A stretch of 64,000 nt of DNA, from contig NC_043000.1 of the NCBI RefSeq assembly GCF_006345805.1, positions 80,724,001-80,788,000 on the forward strand, given 5' to 3'. Shown here in pieces: positions 13,688 to 25,309 of the stretch. Position 1 is the stretch's first letter. The number at the start of each line of letters is the position of its first letter. The notes under the pieces were generated by a model. That model was not told where the DNA came from. It did not search any database and saw nothing but the letters and a program-made list of their open reading frames with translations. The translations under genes and the position numbers were made by a program. The DNA comes from Octopus sinensis (taxonomy: Eukaryota).

Positions 13688-14087
13688 ACCGACCAGACCA
13701 TCAGATGTTGCTACACATCGCTGATCACAATGCGTTATATATATGGATGTCCGCTTGCATTGGATGGTACAGTCGTGGTTGTTATTATTATTATTAATAT
13801 TAATATTCATTTTATTGACTTTTTGTGTAATGACACATTTTAATAGATTGGACTGTTCAATATATATGCCTGCTTTAAATGTGAGTGTACATGTTGTGGT
13901 TCCTTGATGTTGGTTATAGAACTGTGGAGTTCAATATGGAACATTATTGTGTTTGTTAATGTATATTGATCTATATTGTTTATATTGTATTATTGTGTAT
14001 ATATATATATATATGTAAGAATATGAGTGTGTATGCACACATATTTATATTTATATGTAAATTTTTTTCATACTTGCATTAAATTCT

Positions 14088-14195
14088 CTGAAGAAGCCGT
14101 GAGACATTCCTGTTAATGTCTCATTTATACCTGCTTTATATGGCTAATAGGTTAAATGGGACATACCTGTCTTCACGGCCGAAACAGCTGTCAGC
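14088..14195 (+). ncRNA. Degenerate minimal hammerhead-ribozyme motif in an AT-rich Penelope-like pLTR remnant
   Basis: CTGAAGA (14088-94), stem II GCCGTGA/TCACGGC with long loop, GAAAC-AGCT-GTC (14181-92); stem I only 2 bp and the 10.1-11.1 pair is A/C. Confidence 0.5.
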
Positions 14196-14329
14196 TACAA
14201 TGTAAATGTATTTCTATTTCTATTTCTATGTCTTGTTATATTTGTACTATATTAATGTATAATATTGCTATTGTGTAATGGTTTAATAAAGTATTGATTG
14301 GGTATTATCTGATGGTTGATGATTGATTT

Positions 14330-14369
<40 letters not shown>

Positions 14370-14390
14370 ACATGTATATATGTATGTATA

Positions 14391-15671
14391 CAGGGTGTCC
14401 ATAAAGTCTCTTTACAATTTCAGAAATTTATTACAAAAGCAAATAAATTGATAAATTTGAGGAAATTATTACAAAATGAGGACTAGGTATTGAAGCTTTT
14501 TAGGCCCCATTAAATGCATCTCTGTATGAGCACCATTAGTTGCACGAAACACATCAAGAAAGTAATTAATTTCTTGCCATGTTAGCTGTAGCATAGCCTT
14601 ATCAATCATGGAAATGACATCAGTGATCCTTTGCTTCAGGTTGTTGATCTGTATCTTCATCCAATACATGATGTCTTTAATATAACCCCATAGAAAAAAC
14701 TCCAGTGGAGTGATATCTGTCCACCGGTTTGGAAATGTTAGAGTTAGGAACTCACGAACATTTAGTCCCTATGTTGGTGGTGCATCTTCTTTCTGGAAAA
14801 TGATGGGTGGTTGAAAGTCATCCAGTTGTGGTGCCGCATATTCAGTTAAAAGATCAAGGTAAACATTTGCAGAAATTGATCTTTCTGTGAAGAAAAAGGG
14901 ACCAGTTATTTGATTGCACGTCATTCTACATTAGACATTCATCTTCGGACTTGATGAAGCTCCCTTGTAACATGGGGTCACATGAGGATGTTCTGATCTC
15001 CAGACCTTCACATTATATGTGTTCAGTTTCTCTGAAACATGAAAGGTTGCCTCATCACTCAAACAAATTCGGGTGAGGAATGCTGCATCCTCAGAAATTC
15101 ATTCCAGCATTTTAACTGCAAACTCTTTTCATCTTGGTTCATCATTTGGTTCAAGTGCCTGTAAGAGTTGCACTTTGTAAGTGTACGATCACAAGTTCTT
15201 GTGTAGGGCTTTGTGCTCTGCTGGCAGCAGCACATATGAACTTTGTAGAAATAGCAAGGCTTGTCTTACACAATTGATGTTTCCTCAGATAATTTTGGTC
15301 GTCCACTCCTCCCTTTATCCAACTCTGTTCCTATTTCCATAAATTCCTTGTGCCATTCACAAAATGAGAGATGTAACAGTGGATGTCTTTCATACTTAAA
15401 ACTATAGTTTTGCTGGGTCTGCATGTTCAATTTTGTTTCAATGTACCACAGTACACATTGTGCCTTTTCTTGAGGAGTAATAATTTTTTTAGGGTTTCAT
15501 TTTCATTTAACAGAACCTATTCCATCAACAGGATACCCCAAAAACATAAATGCAATCTTGTTAAAACGTTTGGTAACCAGTGTGTATATAGAACAAATCT
15601 GATAAATATACCTCATCAATTGCCTTTGTAATTAATTTGTGAAATTGTAAAAAGACTTTATGGATACCCTG
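14391..15671 (-). mobile_element. Tc1/mariner DNA transposon, full span 1281 bp, dead transposase
   Basis: About 50-bp TIRs (cagggtgtccataaagtc...acaatttc / gaaattgtaaaaagactttatggataccctg) flanked by TA on both sides; minus-strand motifs ICLSDEATF, FQ..DAPP, DITPLEFFLWGYIKD and C-terminus NLKQRITDVI...GAHTE. Confidence 0.92.
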
Positions 15672-15691
15672 TATATATACATTTGTGTATA

Positions 15692-15725
<34 letters not shown>

Positions 15726-15746
15726 TGTATATGTATGTATATATAA

Positions 15747-15960
15747 AATAATCCCTCGACAATCACGAGTGCTATGTTCCAAAACCCCATCAATAGGTGA
15801 AAATCTGCGCAGTAGAAACAGTACTGTACTGTATACTTATTTTTATTATTTTTACAATTTGTATATATTTATTTTATTGTAAATGCAAAACAACACCACA
15901 CACTCACCTCTCAAGTTTTATTTTCCTGACAGTATGTATTATTCCATACAGTATGTGTGA
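15747..15960 (+). mobile_element. Possible pogo/Tigger-like terminal fragment
   Basis: taatccctcgacaatcacg...gtgaaaatctgcgcagtagaaac resembles Tigger-type ends; no partner TIR found. Confidence 0.35.
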
Positions 15961-16004
15961 TATGTAAAACATATTTCCATTTTTGAAAAAAAGTAAAAAA
16001 TTTA

Positions 16005-17074
16005 GTGATTCCCTATCTCCACCTAGAACCTTCTCCGAGTAATGAAAAACCTTCATGCCAAATTTGGTACAGATTGATTCTGTAGTTTGGCCGTGCATAG
16101 AGAAAACATACACACACACACACACAAGCAGTGAATTTTATAGATACTGTGCTTACACGGAGCAGGTAGAAAAAGAGGTATACCATTCCAACAATGGATA
16201 AATTAATGGTATAGAACTTTTCATGGTACAGAAAAAATTAAAAGTGAAGCAGAGAACATAAATCTGTGTTACTCCTTGACAGAACAATAGGTTGTATGGT
16301 TAGGGGAAAATTATAGATTCGATTTCAAATCTGAGGTAGGACCAATATCCAAGTAGAAATAGTTACATCAGATTTAAATATGAAATATTGGGTGTACTCA
16401 AGCTAATTTTATTAGGTGCATTCCACAAACAGCTATTTGAATAACTCACGTCAATATCTCTAACTTATGTCATGGGAATATTGAACTTCAAAATTTATAA
16501 AGTTTATCGTATAAATTGGAAGATATCCTACAGTGTATAAGCACATGAAGACCTTTCATTATTAAGAAACTTTACTGTTTCTTTTTTTTTAAACCTCTTG
16601 TTTCATTATCACAATTAAATAGCATTTCAGCTATTTCAATGGCATTTCAGAACTGTTTACCTTTAAAGTGAAAAAATAAAACTGGCGTAATTTCCAGACA
16701 GCCAAATTTGGTACAAATTGATTCAGTAGTTTGGCTGTGCATAGAGGAAACAAACACACACACACACATACACGCACACGCACACACACATACACACACA
16801 TACACACACACACAGCAAGAAGAAAAGTGAAACAATATTATAGTCTTATGAAAAGTGAAAGAATAAAAGTGAAACTATTTGACCAGTGCAAAAAGAAAAC
16901 TTGGAATGGTCATCTGGGGATGGCTACAGCCCCCTATATGGTCAAGGGCTAAATTTTGACACCCTTCCCCTAGGACCTTCCCCAAGTAATGGAAAATCTT
17001 CATGCCAAATTTGGTACAGTTTAGCTATGCATAGAGGGAACACACACACTCATACACACATGCACACACACACA

Positions 17075-17107
<33 letters not shown>

Positions 17108-17125
17108 TGAATTTTATATATATAA
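16005..17125 (+). repeat. Three copies of a short repeat ending in (CA)n (Helentron/HINE-like)
   Basis: gccaaatttggtaca...agtttggc(c/t)gtgcatagag...(ca)n recurs at about 16057, 16701 and 17002; copies 1 and 3 also end in tgaattttata. Confidence 0.65.
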
Positions 17126-17371
17126 ATTAATTTTTAGGCATGAGAATGCTTATTTTACCACAGAAATAATTAAAATCTAAAAAATATACATACCTTTCAG
17201 CCACAGACACCCATGGTATATTGAGGAGTCCACACTATAAATTTACATATAGTAGCTAGAAAAATGTGCAATGTACTGAGGGCATGATAGATGAACCGTG
17301 ATATGGCGAGTGATTACTGTATGTATATTTGTGTGTGTGTGTGTGTATATATACATACACACACATATATA

Positions 17372-17415
<44 letters not shown>

Positions 17416-17442
17416 CACACATATGTATATACATTTTTTTAA

Positions 17443-17600
17443 GTAGGTGCGGGCATGTCTGTGTGGTTAGGAAGCTTGCTTTCCAGCTATATGGTTTCAG
17501 GTTTAGTCCCACCATATGGCACCTAGGGCAAATGTCTTCTGCTATAGCCCTGGGCCAACCGAAGCTTTGTAACTGAATTTGGTAGGCTGAGGTTACTGCC
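17443..17600 (+). mobile_element. SINE family A, 5' half
   Basis: Same head and core as the 6760 copy. Confidence 0.8.
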
Positions 17601-18084
17601 GCGCTTGTGTATATGTGTGTGTAGGTGCTTGTGCTTCTCTGAGAGAGTTAGAGAGGGATATATATGCATACATACACATATATATATATATACATACATA
17701 CATATATATATATAGATAGGTGAATGAATTATCCTATGTTTATCGTCAGCATGGAAAATTCGTTGAACCAAAACCTGGGTAGCAAATTCACGTCAGAAAC
17801 ACGGTTGGAGCGACCTGTCCAAGGGTAGAAACTCCGGGTTCATGTGCAGAAATTTGTGTGTTGTATATGAATAAATGAAAGAATGGAGTCGAACGAAGAT
17901 GTTAACAAAATTCCTTTACTCTCCACTTGTTCCCTACCTATTATTCCTTTAACCCTTCTCTTCCTACTATCTATCTTTGACATCAATTCTTCTGACGGTT
18001 TTTTTTAAAAGCACTCATTATCGTTTTGTTTACCATGTAGGCAGTCATCAAATTTTTTGTTTGTCTTGTTGTTGAGAGAGGCTC

Positions 18085-18177
18085 CCTTTCTTTCCTGATG
18101 AGAAGATTGCATAATGCTCCCTTTATTCCTTTGGAATGAAACCATGTTGTCTTCGAAACATATGTCGAGAGTAAAGG
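18085..18177 (+). ncRNA. Type I minimal hammerhead ribozyme (Penelope-type), core intact
   Basis: CTGATGA 18095-18101; stem II GAAGA 18102-06 / TCTTC 18150-54; GAAAC 18155-59, palindromic ATAT, GTC 18164-66; stem I ccttt-ctttc pairs with gagag(t)aaagg (10 bp, one bulge, one G-U). Confidence 0.8.
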
Positions 18178-19139
18178 AATTTTATTAACATCTTCGTTCA
18201 ATTCCATTCTTTCATTTATATATATATATATACACATATATATATACATATGCACACACACACATATACATGAATGTGTGTGTGTATATGTATATATCCA
18301 TTATATGCAACAGAATGAATATTAGATTAAATTAGTATTTGGTTTATCATAATTAATACATCATGAAAAGGCATATTAACTGTGGCATTCATCTAGAGAT
18401 AATATCTCTGGTGGATGTGCTGTGCTGAAAAGCACAAATATATTATTAGTAGCAGACAAAAATCTTTCCACCACACCTGGCAAGAATGCTTGATGCACAC
18501 TTCTGTCTCAGTTGGTTTTGTCAGTAGCATAGCCTTACTGCCAGTCACATGCTAAGACAAACTCTCTTGCAACTGATATAGGAAAACAATGATTCAAAAA
18601 TCACTAGCATTACAATTTGCTGCCAAACTGAATAAAAATACACTATATGCAACTGAAACAGTAACAGTTTAAAATAGCTATCCATGTATCATACTTAATA
18701 CATATACTTCATGGAAAGGTAAATTAACAACAGTATTTATCTGGAGATAATATCACTTGTGAATAAACTATGTTTAAAAATACAACAAAAACAGTAGTAG
18801 ATAAAGATTGTACAGTAGTGGTGGTGAGAATAATAGATGCACATTTCTGTAGTGAATGCTACTGACAAAGTCCAATGAGACAGGAGTGTACATCTAGCAT
18901 TCTCATCACTGCTCTGGAAGGATTTTTATCTGTTACTAATATATTCATGTTTGTGAGTATGGCACATCCATATGCAATATTATCTCCAGATGAATATCAC
19001 AGTTAATTTGCCTTTTTGTGATATATTTCTGTACTTGCATTAAGTATGATACACAGATGGTTATAGATAGCCATATGTGTGTGTGTGTGTGTGTAAATAC
19101 ATACACACACATTTGTACAATGTGTATGTGTATATAGAT

Positions 19140-19325
19140 GTATCATCATTTTTTAATATCTGTTTTCCATGCTGGCATGTGCTGGGTGGTTAGACCAGAA
19201 CTAGCAAGCCGGAGAGCTACACCAGGTTCCAGTCAGATTTGGCTTGGTTTGTACAGCTGGAAGCCCTTCCTAATGTTGATGACTTTACAGAGTGTGATGG
19301 CGACTTTTTATGTGTCACCCACATG
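19140..19325 (-). mobile_element. 3' UTR/tail of an RTE LINE (left piece of the inversion-split element)
   Basis: Minus strand reads ttaggaagggcttccagctgta...catgccagcatggaaaacagatattaaaaaatgatgat; joins 20120-20477 when the inversion is undone. Confidence 0.75.
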
Positions 19326-19562
19326 TCTTCAAAATCATTTGGACAGAAAAATTCTGTAGACGAGATCAGAACAGTACTGGAGGAGTATTTTTCCTCACAG
19401 ACAAGTGAATTTTAGAGGAGGGGCCTTACAAGCCTATCAGATAGATGGAAGAGCAATGTAGAAAATGAAGGAGAGTATGATTTAGATAAAAAAAAACTTT
19501 GTTTATCTTAATTTTGAAAAATAAAAGCATAAAAAAAACGCATTATTTATAGGAAGACCCAA
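19326..19562 (+). mobile_element. Mariner 3' end (transposase C-terminus plus TIR), displaced by inversion
   Basis: CLQNHLD...EIRTVLEEYFSS..SEF*RRGL..L.DRW...VENEGEY; TIR cattatttataggaagacccaa followed by TA. Confidence 0.85.
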
Positions 19563-19621
19563 TATATATATTTATATCAATGTATTCATATATACCTACA
19601 AACACAAACAGACACACACAC

Positions 19622-19700
<79 letters not shown>

Positions 19701-19779
19701 TCTTCACAATATCAATCAATCAATCAGACCATCAGATGCTGTCATGCTCTGCTGGTTACTATGTGCTTCCAATTCTGTC

Positions 19780-20090
19780 TTGATTGTACTGATCCAAATT
19801 GTTTAATTAGAGATTATCTTTCTATCATGGTGGAGGTCTTCTAAATAGTCTTTTCTAATCTCTTGGATACCATTTGTCAACTGTCAGGTCCACCTGTTGT
19901 CTTTGAATCTTGCAACATGTTCGACCCAGCAAAACTTTTTTTCAGTATTCTGCAATTACATCATTCACTCTGCTATATACTCTAATTATGTCATTTCAAA
20001 TATGCTCCCGTAATGATATTCTTTGCATCAATCTTTCCCTAGTCCTTTGCTTTGTAGCCGATTGAAGTTCTATCCTCTTTATAATATGAA
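19780..20090 (-). mobile_element. RTE LINE C-terminal fragment
   Basis: Minus translation ...KFCWVEHVARFKDNRWT*QLT..., similar to the RTE WAGHVAR..DNRWT motif. Confidence 0.6.
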
Positions 20091-20093
20091 GAC

Positions 20094-20119
<26 letters not shown>

Positions 20120-20125
<6 letters not shown>

Positions 20126-20477
20126 GAGGAATTAGATGCAGTGTGCAAGAGAGAAGACTACGCTGATTTGGTCATGTGATATGGATGGATGTTGATAGCT
20201 CCATACTGAAGCGCCAATCATTCAAAGTGGATGAAACTTGTAGAAGAGGGAGACCCAGGAAGATCTGGGATGAAGTACTGATGGACCTCAGGACACTGAA
20301 CCTATTGGAGGAGATGATAAAGGACTGAGATATCTGCTGCCTTGTTATAATCAAGAATATCTGTCCTCCACAGCAGAAGTGTTAATGCTTCTCTCCTTGA
20401 TGAAGAGGATTGGCCTGCAAGAGCCCTGTGTTGGTGCCACATAAAAAGTACTTGTACTAATGCCATGTAGAAGCGCT
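20120..20477 (+). mobile_element. RTE LINE C-terminus plus start of 3' UTR (right piece of the inversion-split element)
   Basis: GIRCSVQERRLR*FGHVIWMD...RRGRPRKIWDEV, then tandem ggtgccacataaaaagtac-type units. Confidence 0.75.
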
Positions 20478-21512
20478 CATATAAATAAATGATAATCAGA
20501 TGGGACAATGTCCAGTGAATATGGTGGGTGGCGTATCATTTCCCATTCAAACTGCTCCAGCCATTGGAATGTCATCCTCACTGTATGTAGCTGAGCATTA
20601 TCCTGATGGAAGAATACCTTTCATCTTGAAACCAAAGATGGTCATTTTTCTTTTAGCCCTGATTCATGTTGCTGAAGCTGCTCACAATAGAACTCCTTTG
20701 TTATCACTTGGTTTGGGTATAAAATTTCAAAGTGGATTAAACCATTTATATCCCACCAAATAGATAACAACACCTTACATGGGCGAAGGCCTTTCTTAGC
20801 CTGGAGTGCAAGTGTTTCTCCTTTCCCTTTGGCACTTGACATTTTTATAGAGAACCCATTTCTCATTACCAGTCAATATTCAGTCCTAAAAAGGTTCATT
20901 TGTGAGATGTGACAGCAAAGAGGAGCACACATTCACTCTCTGCACACAATTAGACTCGGAAAGTTTGAGAGGAACCCATTGACCCAATTTACTGACTTTG
21001 TGATGGCATGCAAATGTCAATAAATGGTTGAATGACCAAATCCAAGCTTTCCTGCTAGTTCCTCAACAGTTACGATGGGATTTTGTTTCACCAGGATTTG
21101 CAGGACGTCCTCGTCGAGCTCTACAAATCTTCCAGGATGAGGCTCATCTTTTAGGCTGTAGTTTCCGGCTAAGAACTTCTGAAACCACTGTTGACACTGG
21201 CATACACTTATTGTCTGATCCCCATATACTGCATTAATATTTCCTGCACTTTCTGTTGTGTTGTTGCCTTTAATGAACTCATAAAGCAAAATGTGCTGAA
21301 TATACTCCTTTGTCTCTTCCATTATAGCTTCAAAAAATTAATTGTTAAAAGCAAACTGCACTCTTCAAAACTTGCACTAAAAATAAGTACAAGGTAAAAT
21401 TACTACCTACTTTTACAGTAAGTTGATGCAGGTAGTTTATCCCCCCCCCCACCACACTCTAACGTTTATTTCATGCAATTGAGAAACCAACATCATTTTT
21501 GGGATGACCCAA
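20478..21512 (-). mobile_element. Mariner transposon 5' part (dead transposase)
   Basis: TIR ttgggtcatcccaaaaatgatg with TA at 21513-14; HTH region 21017..21322 (QWFQKF..GNYSLKDEPHPGR), KVLLSIWWD (20642..20866), FHQDNA, HPPYSLDIVPSDYHLF. Confidence 0.9.
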
Positions 21513-22207
21513 TATATATATGCACACACACACAATTTTTCCATTGTCTTGGCTTAACAGCCCTCATCGTTGGTTTTACTGTGTTATTCTCTTTATTCTG
21601 TCTTTTACTGTTTTTACTTTTATTGCTTTTACTGTCTTGTTTTGTTCTTACTGTCCTGTTCTTGTTACCACTTTTACCCCTCCGCAAAAATCCCAAATTT
21701 TATTTAATTTAATTTGCGGGAAGGACTGTTTCAATGAAGTCGCGTCTTGTCCTTACCTTCAAAACGCAGAGTAGACGAAACAGGGACAACTGAAGAAAGG
21801 GAATATTCTTTTGTGTTGTATGTCTTGTACTCTGTTTTTTCGTTGTTTAAAAAATAGTTTGTTTCCGTGTTTTTTTTTATGCTTTCATTTCTCATTGAAT
21901 TCAACGTTTTTTTGATGTCCTGTACCCATATATGCATGTATATATACATATAAATATAGGTATGTACATATATGTATGTATATATGCATATATTTATATA
22001 TTATTTATATTATTATAATATATATATATATACACACATATACATGCATGAATATATGTATGTATATATATATAATTATATATATATAATATATATATAT
22101 ATATAATATATATATATAATATATATATATATATAGAGAGAGAGAGAAAAGTATATATACATATATAGATAAATACACACACATAAGTATATGTTGAATA
22201 CATATAA

Positions 22208-22246
<39 letters not shown>

Positions 22247-22377
22247 AGTATATATGTGTTTCTGTGCATGTGTGTTCCCAAATGCATACACATATATATA
22301 TTTATATAACTGTGATAGTTGTATTCATTGTTTCATGTGCATTGTTTCTGCTCTCTACAACACCGCATTACATAAAC

Positions 22378-22410
<33 letters not shown>

Positions 22411-23676
22411 TGCACACACATACACAGTTACATAGACAAATATGCATACATATGCAATCTAGCATGGCTAAATGCACAGATTTTTCCCCAAATCTGTCCT
22501 AAATTAACAAACTTTTTATCAACATCTTTCCAACCATGACCATCACATCTTATTTTTGATCACAGTTTAACTATAACCACATTAGTCAATGTGTCCTTCT
22601 TTTACAAAGTACTGTGTGATTGATGTGAATCTGGCTACCATTTCTAGGAGGTCATGCAAGCATATTGAAGCTTTCTTGATGTATATGTCATATGCACTAG
22701 TTGCATATGCAGGCAACTACTTCATCTCCTGCAACATGTGTGCACGCACACACACACACACACACACGCACATACACTGTCTCATACACATATACATGCA
22801 CAATTTCACTATATTAGATATATGTACACTAGTTGTATGAGCAAGTAACTGCTGCACCATCTGCACTGTGCACTCACTCATATGCACAAATGCACATGCT
22901 TTTGCACACACTCACACTTATACATACAGTCATGCATATCCAGCCATATAAATATAAATTCACTGTGCTTGTTTGTACATGCACTATTTAAATTTAAAGC
23001 TAATGACCAAAACGTAAACTACAGTATATTATACACACATGCTACTACATGCACGCACACACACACTCGTATGCAACCACACACAATCATACAACCACTC
23101 AGCTATACTGACCACAGTAACATAGGTACAAGTACATATCCACAAATATAATTTTACTAGCTGCATGTACGCTTAACATACTAACTGCATTGCACTATAC
23201 TGTATACACACATAAACCTGTACACACACACACACATACACACACACATACACACACACATGCACACACGTGCACACACGTGCACACACGTGCACACACT
23301 GAACCATGCATGTACACAGCTTCTGTCTGTCTTTTATCTGTTCACCTTGATTTATATTACTCTTAGCATGCCCACCACTGCCGCCGCCACTACCTCAGCA
23401 GGAAGGTGTTGAGAAGGTGGCGTTGGTGTTGTAGGTGAAGTGTGAAGAAGAGAAAGAAAGAGGAGGGAGGTTAATTCAGCAGGTGTTTTCTGAATGAAAT
23501 GCAAAAGTGTGTTCTCTGATGATTAAAGAGCAACGTACTTTAAACATACGCACAAACACGCATTCTCTCGCTTTCTCTCTTTTTCTCCTGTCTTTCTCCT
23601 CCTCACTCTTTTTCTCTTTCTATTATGCTCTTATCTTCTCTTCCTCCCCTCTCTCCATATATGTATATATTTCTGG

Positions 23677-23714
<38 letters not shown>

Positions 23715-23809
23715 AAAAAGGGTTGGAAGTGAGCTGAGTTGATCTCAGCATTACAAAATGGAGAGAGGATCTACTGACGTATGTTTCTATATTTTGAAAC
23801 ATAGTTATG

Positions 23810-24150
23810 AGTGGAATCAAGGAAGGATTCTATCTATAATGGTGTTTATTTTGAGTGGAATCAGTGGAAGAAGAGTTGCTAGTGATGGTGTTTTACTTGA
23901 GTGAAGTTGTGGAGGAACTTCTGTTTGTGGCACTGTTTGACTTGAGTGGAATCAGTTGAGGAATACCTATCTAGTAGTGGTGTTTGATTTGAGTGAAGTT
24001 AGTGAAGTAATGTTTGTCAGTGGAGTTACTGGAGTAGAATCTGTGAAGATTTTCTTTAACTTCAGCAGAGTTACTGAAGAAACATCTGTTTCAGGAACTG
24101 TTTGATTTGAGTGGAGTTAGTGGAGTAAAATCTGTCTAAGACAGTGTTTG
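23810..24150. repeat. Diverged ~45-bp minisatellite
   Basis: ttgagtg(g/a)a(a/g)t...tgttt(g/t)a(c/t)tt recurs about every 45 bp for at least 5 units. Confidence 0.65.
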
Positions 24151-24449
24151 ACATGAAGATCATATCATATGAGCAATGCAATGTTGTATATTAACCTTTG
24201 AAATTTTGAGTAATGTATTGCTGTAACGAGCAGTGAGTATTGCTTTGCATATTAAGAAGTGCAGTGTTACACTACAGTGTCATACTATGTTGAGCCACAT
24301 TGAACTGTGCAGTACTTCAAACTCCTGTGTTACACTGTTTGTAGTGTATTACTGTTTTGTTTAAGTGGTTATACATTAATGTTATGTAGTGTAATATAAC
24401 ACTGTAAAATGTAGCATGATATAACATGGTGTAACCCAGTCTGATATTA

Positions 24450-24652
24450 GATTCAAATTTTGACACAAGGCTAGCAATTCTGGGGGAGGGGTAAGTCAAT
24501 TAGATCAAGCCCAGTGTTCAACTGGTACTTATTTTATCAACCCCAAAAGATGAAAGGCAAAGTTGACCACAGCGGAATTTGAAATCAGAACATACAGACA
24601 GATGAAATGCCACTAAGCAGTTCACCCGGCATGCTTGCCACCTTTTGCCAGT
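24450..24652 (-). mobile_element. SINE family B
   Basis: Reverse complement of the family seen at 25310, 25575, 39930, 48345 (ctggcag..gttagca...ttctgagttcaaatt...aagtaccagtt). Confidence 0.8.
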
Positions 24653-25309
24653 CTCATATTGTATGGTAAACATAATACAGAAAGTGTGTTGTTTATTAGC
24701 TCAAATTAATTGTGATCAAGTAGACCCTCATCAAAATCATGCCTTTTGGTTGTGTACATCCTAATGTTTTTTTCCTGAGATATATCAAGAACTACATTAT
24801 TGAAGGAGTCTGTTATCATTGAAAATAGTAGGATATGATTTTAGGGAAATTTGGCAGCTATTTCTAACATGCTGAATGATTAATTCATATAATTCAAGAA
24901 ACAATGTGAAGAGATAAGCATTACATCAAAAGAATAATCTGAATGCTATAGGGTTAAACTAGATTTAGTGTTGGATTCAAGAAATTTGGGAAATATAGCG
25001 CTTCCCCTATTATGTGCCAAAGAAGCCCTTGTGTCTAAAATATTCAGGTCTTGGAGAAGGGCTAAACTCTTAGATATTAGTCACACAGTCTCAATATGAC
25101 TTGATGTTATATGAACCAGTTCTGAAGCACAAGGGCTAAATAGGCTCTGTGTTTCAAGAAAGAGGCCTATGAGAGCAGGGGGACTAGAAGAGTAAACTGT
25201 AAATAAACTCAGAGAAGATAATGGGAAACCACTGTTGTATTTCCACACACCCCCAACCAAAGAAACAAAAAACAAAAAAAAATCATGTACCTTCAGACTT
25301 AGGTACAGA

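Noticed and set aside
21735-21830. GTC plus ttgtcctt/agggacaa stem plus CTGAAGA, a possible type III hammerhead
   Set aside because: No GAAA follows a stem II downstream, so the core is incomplete.
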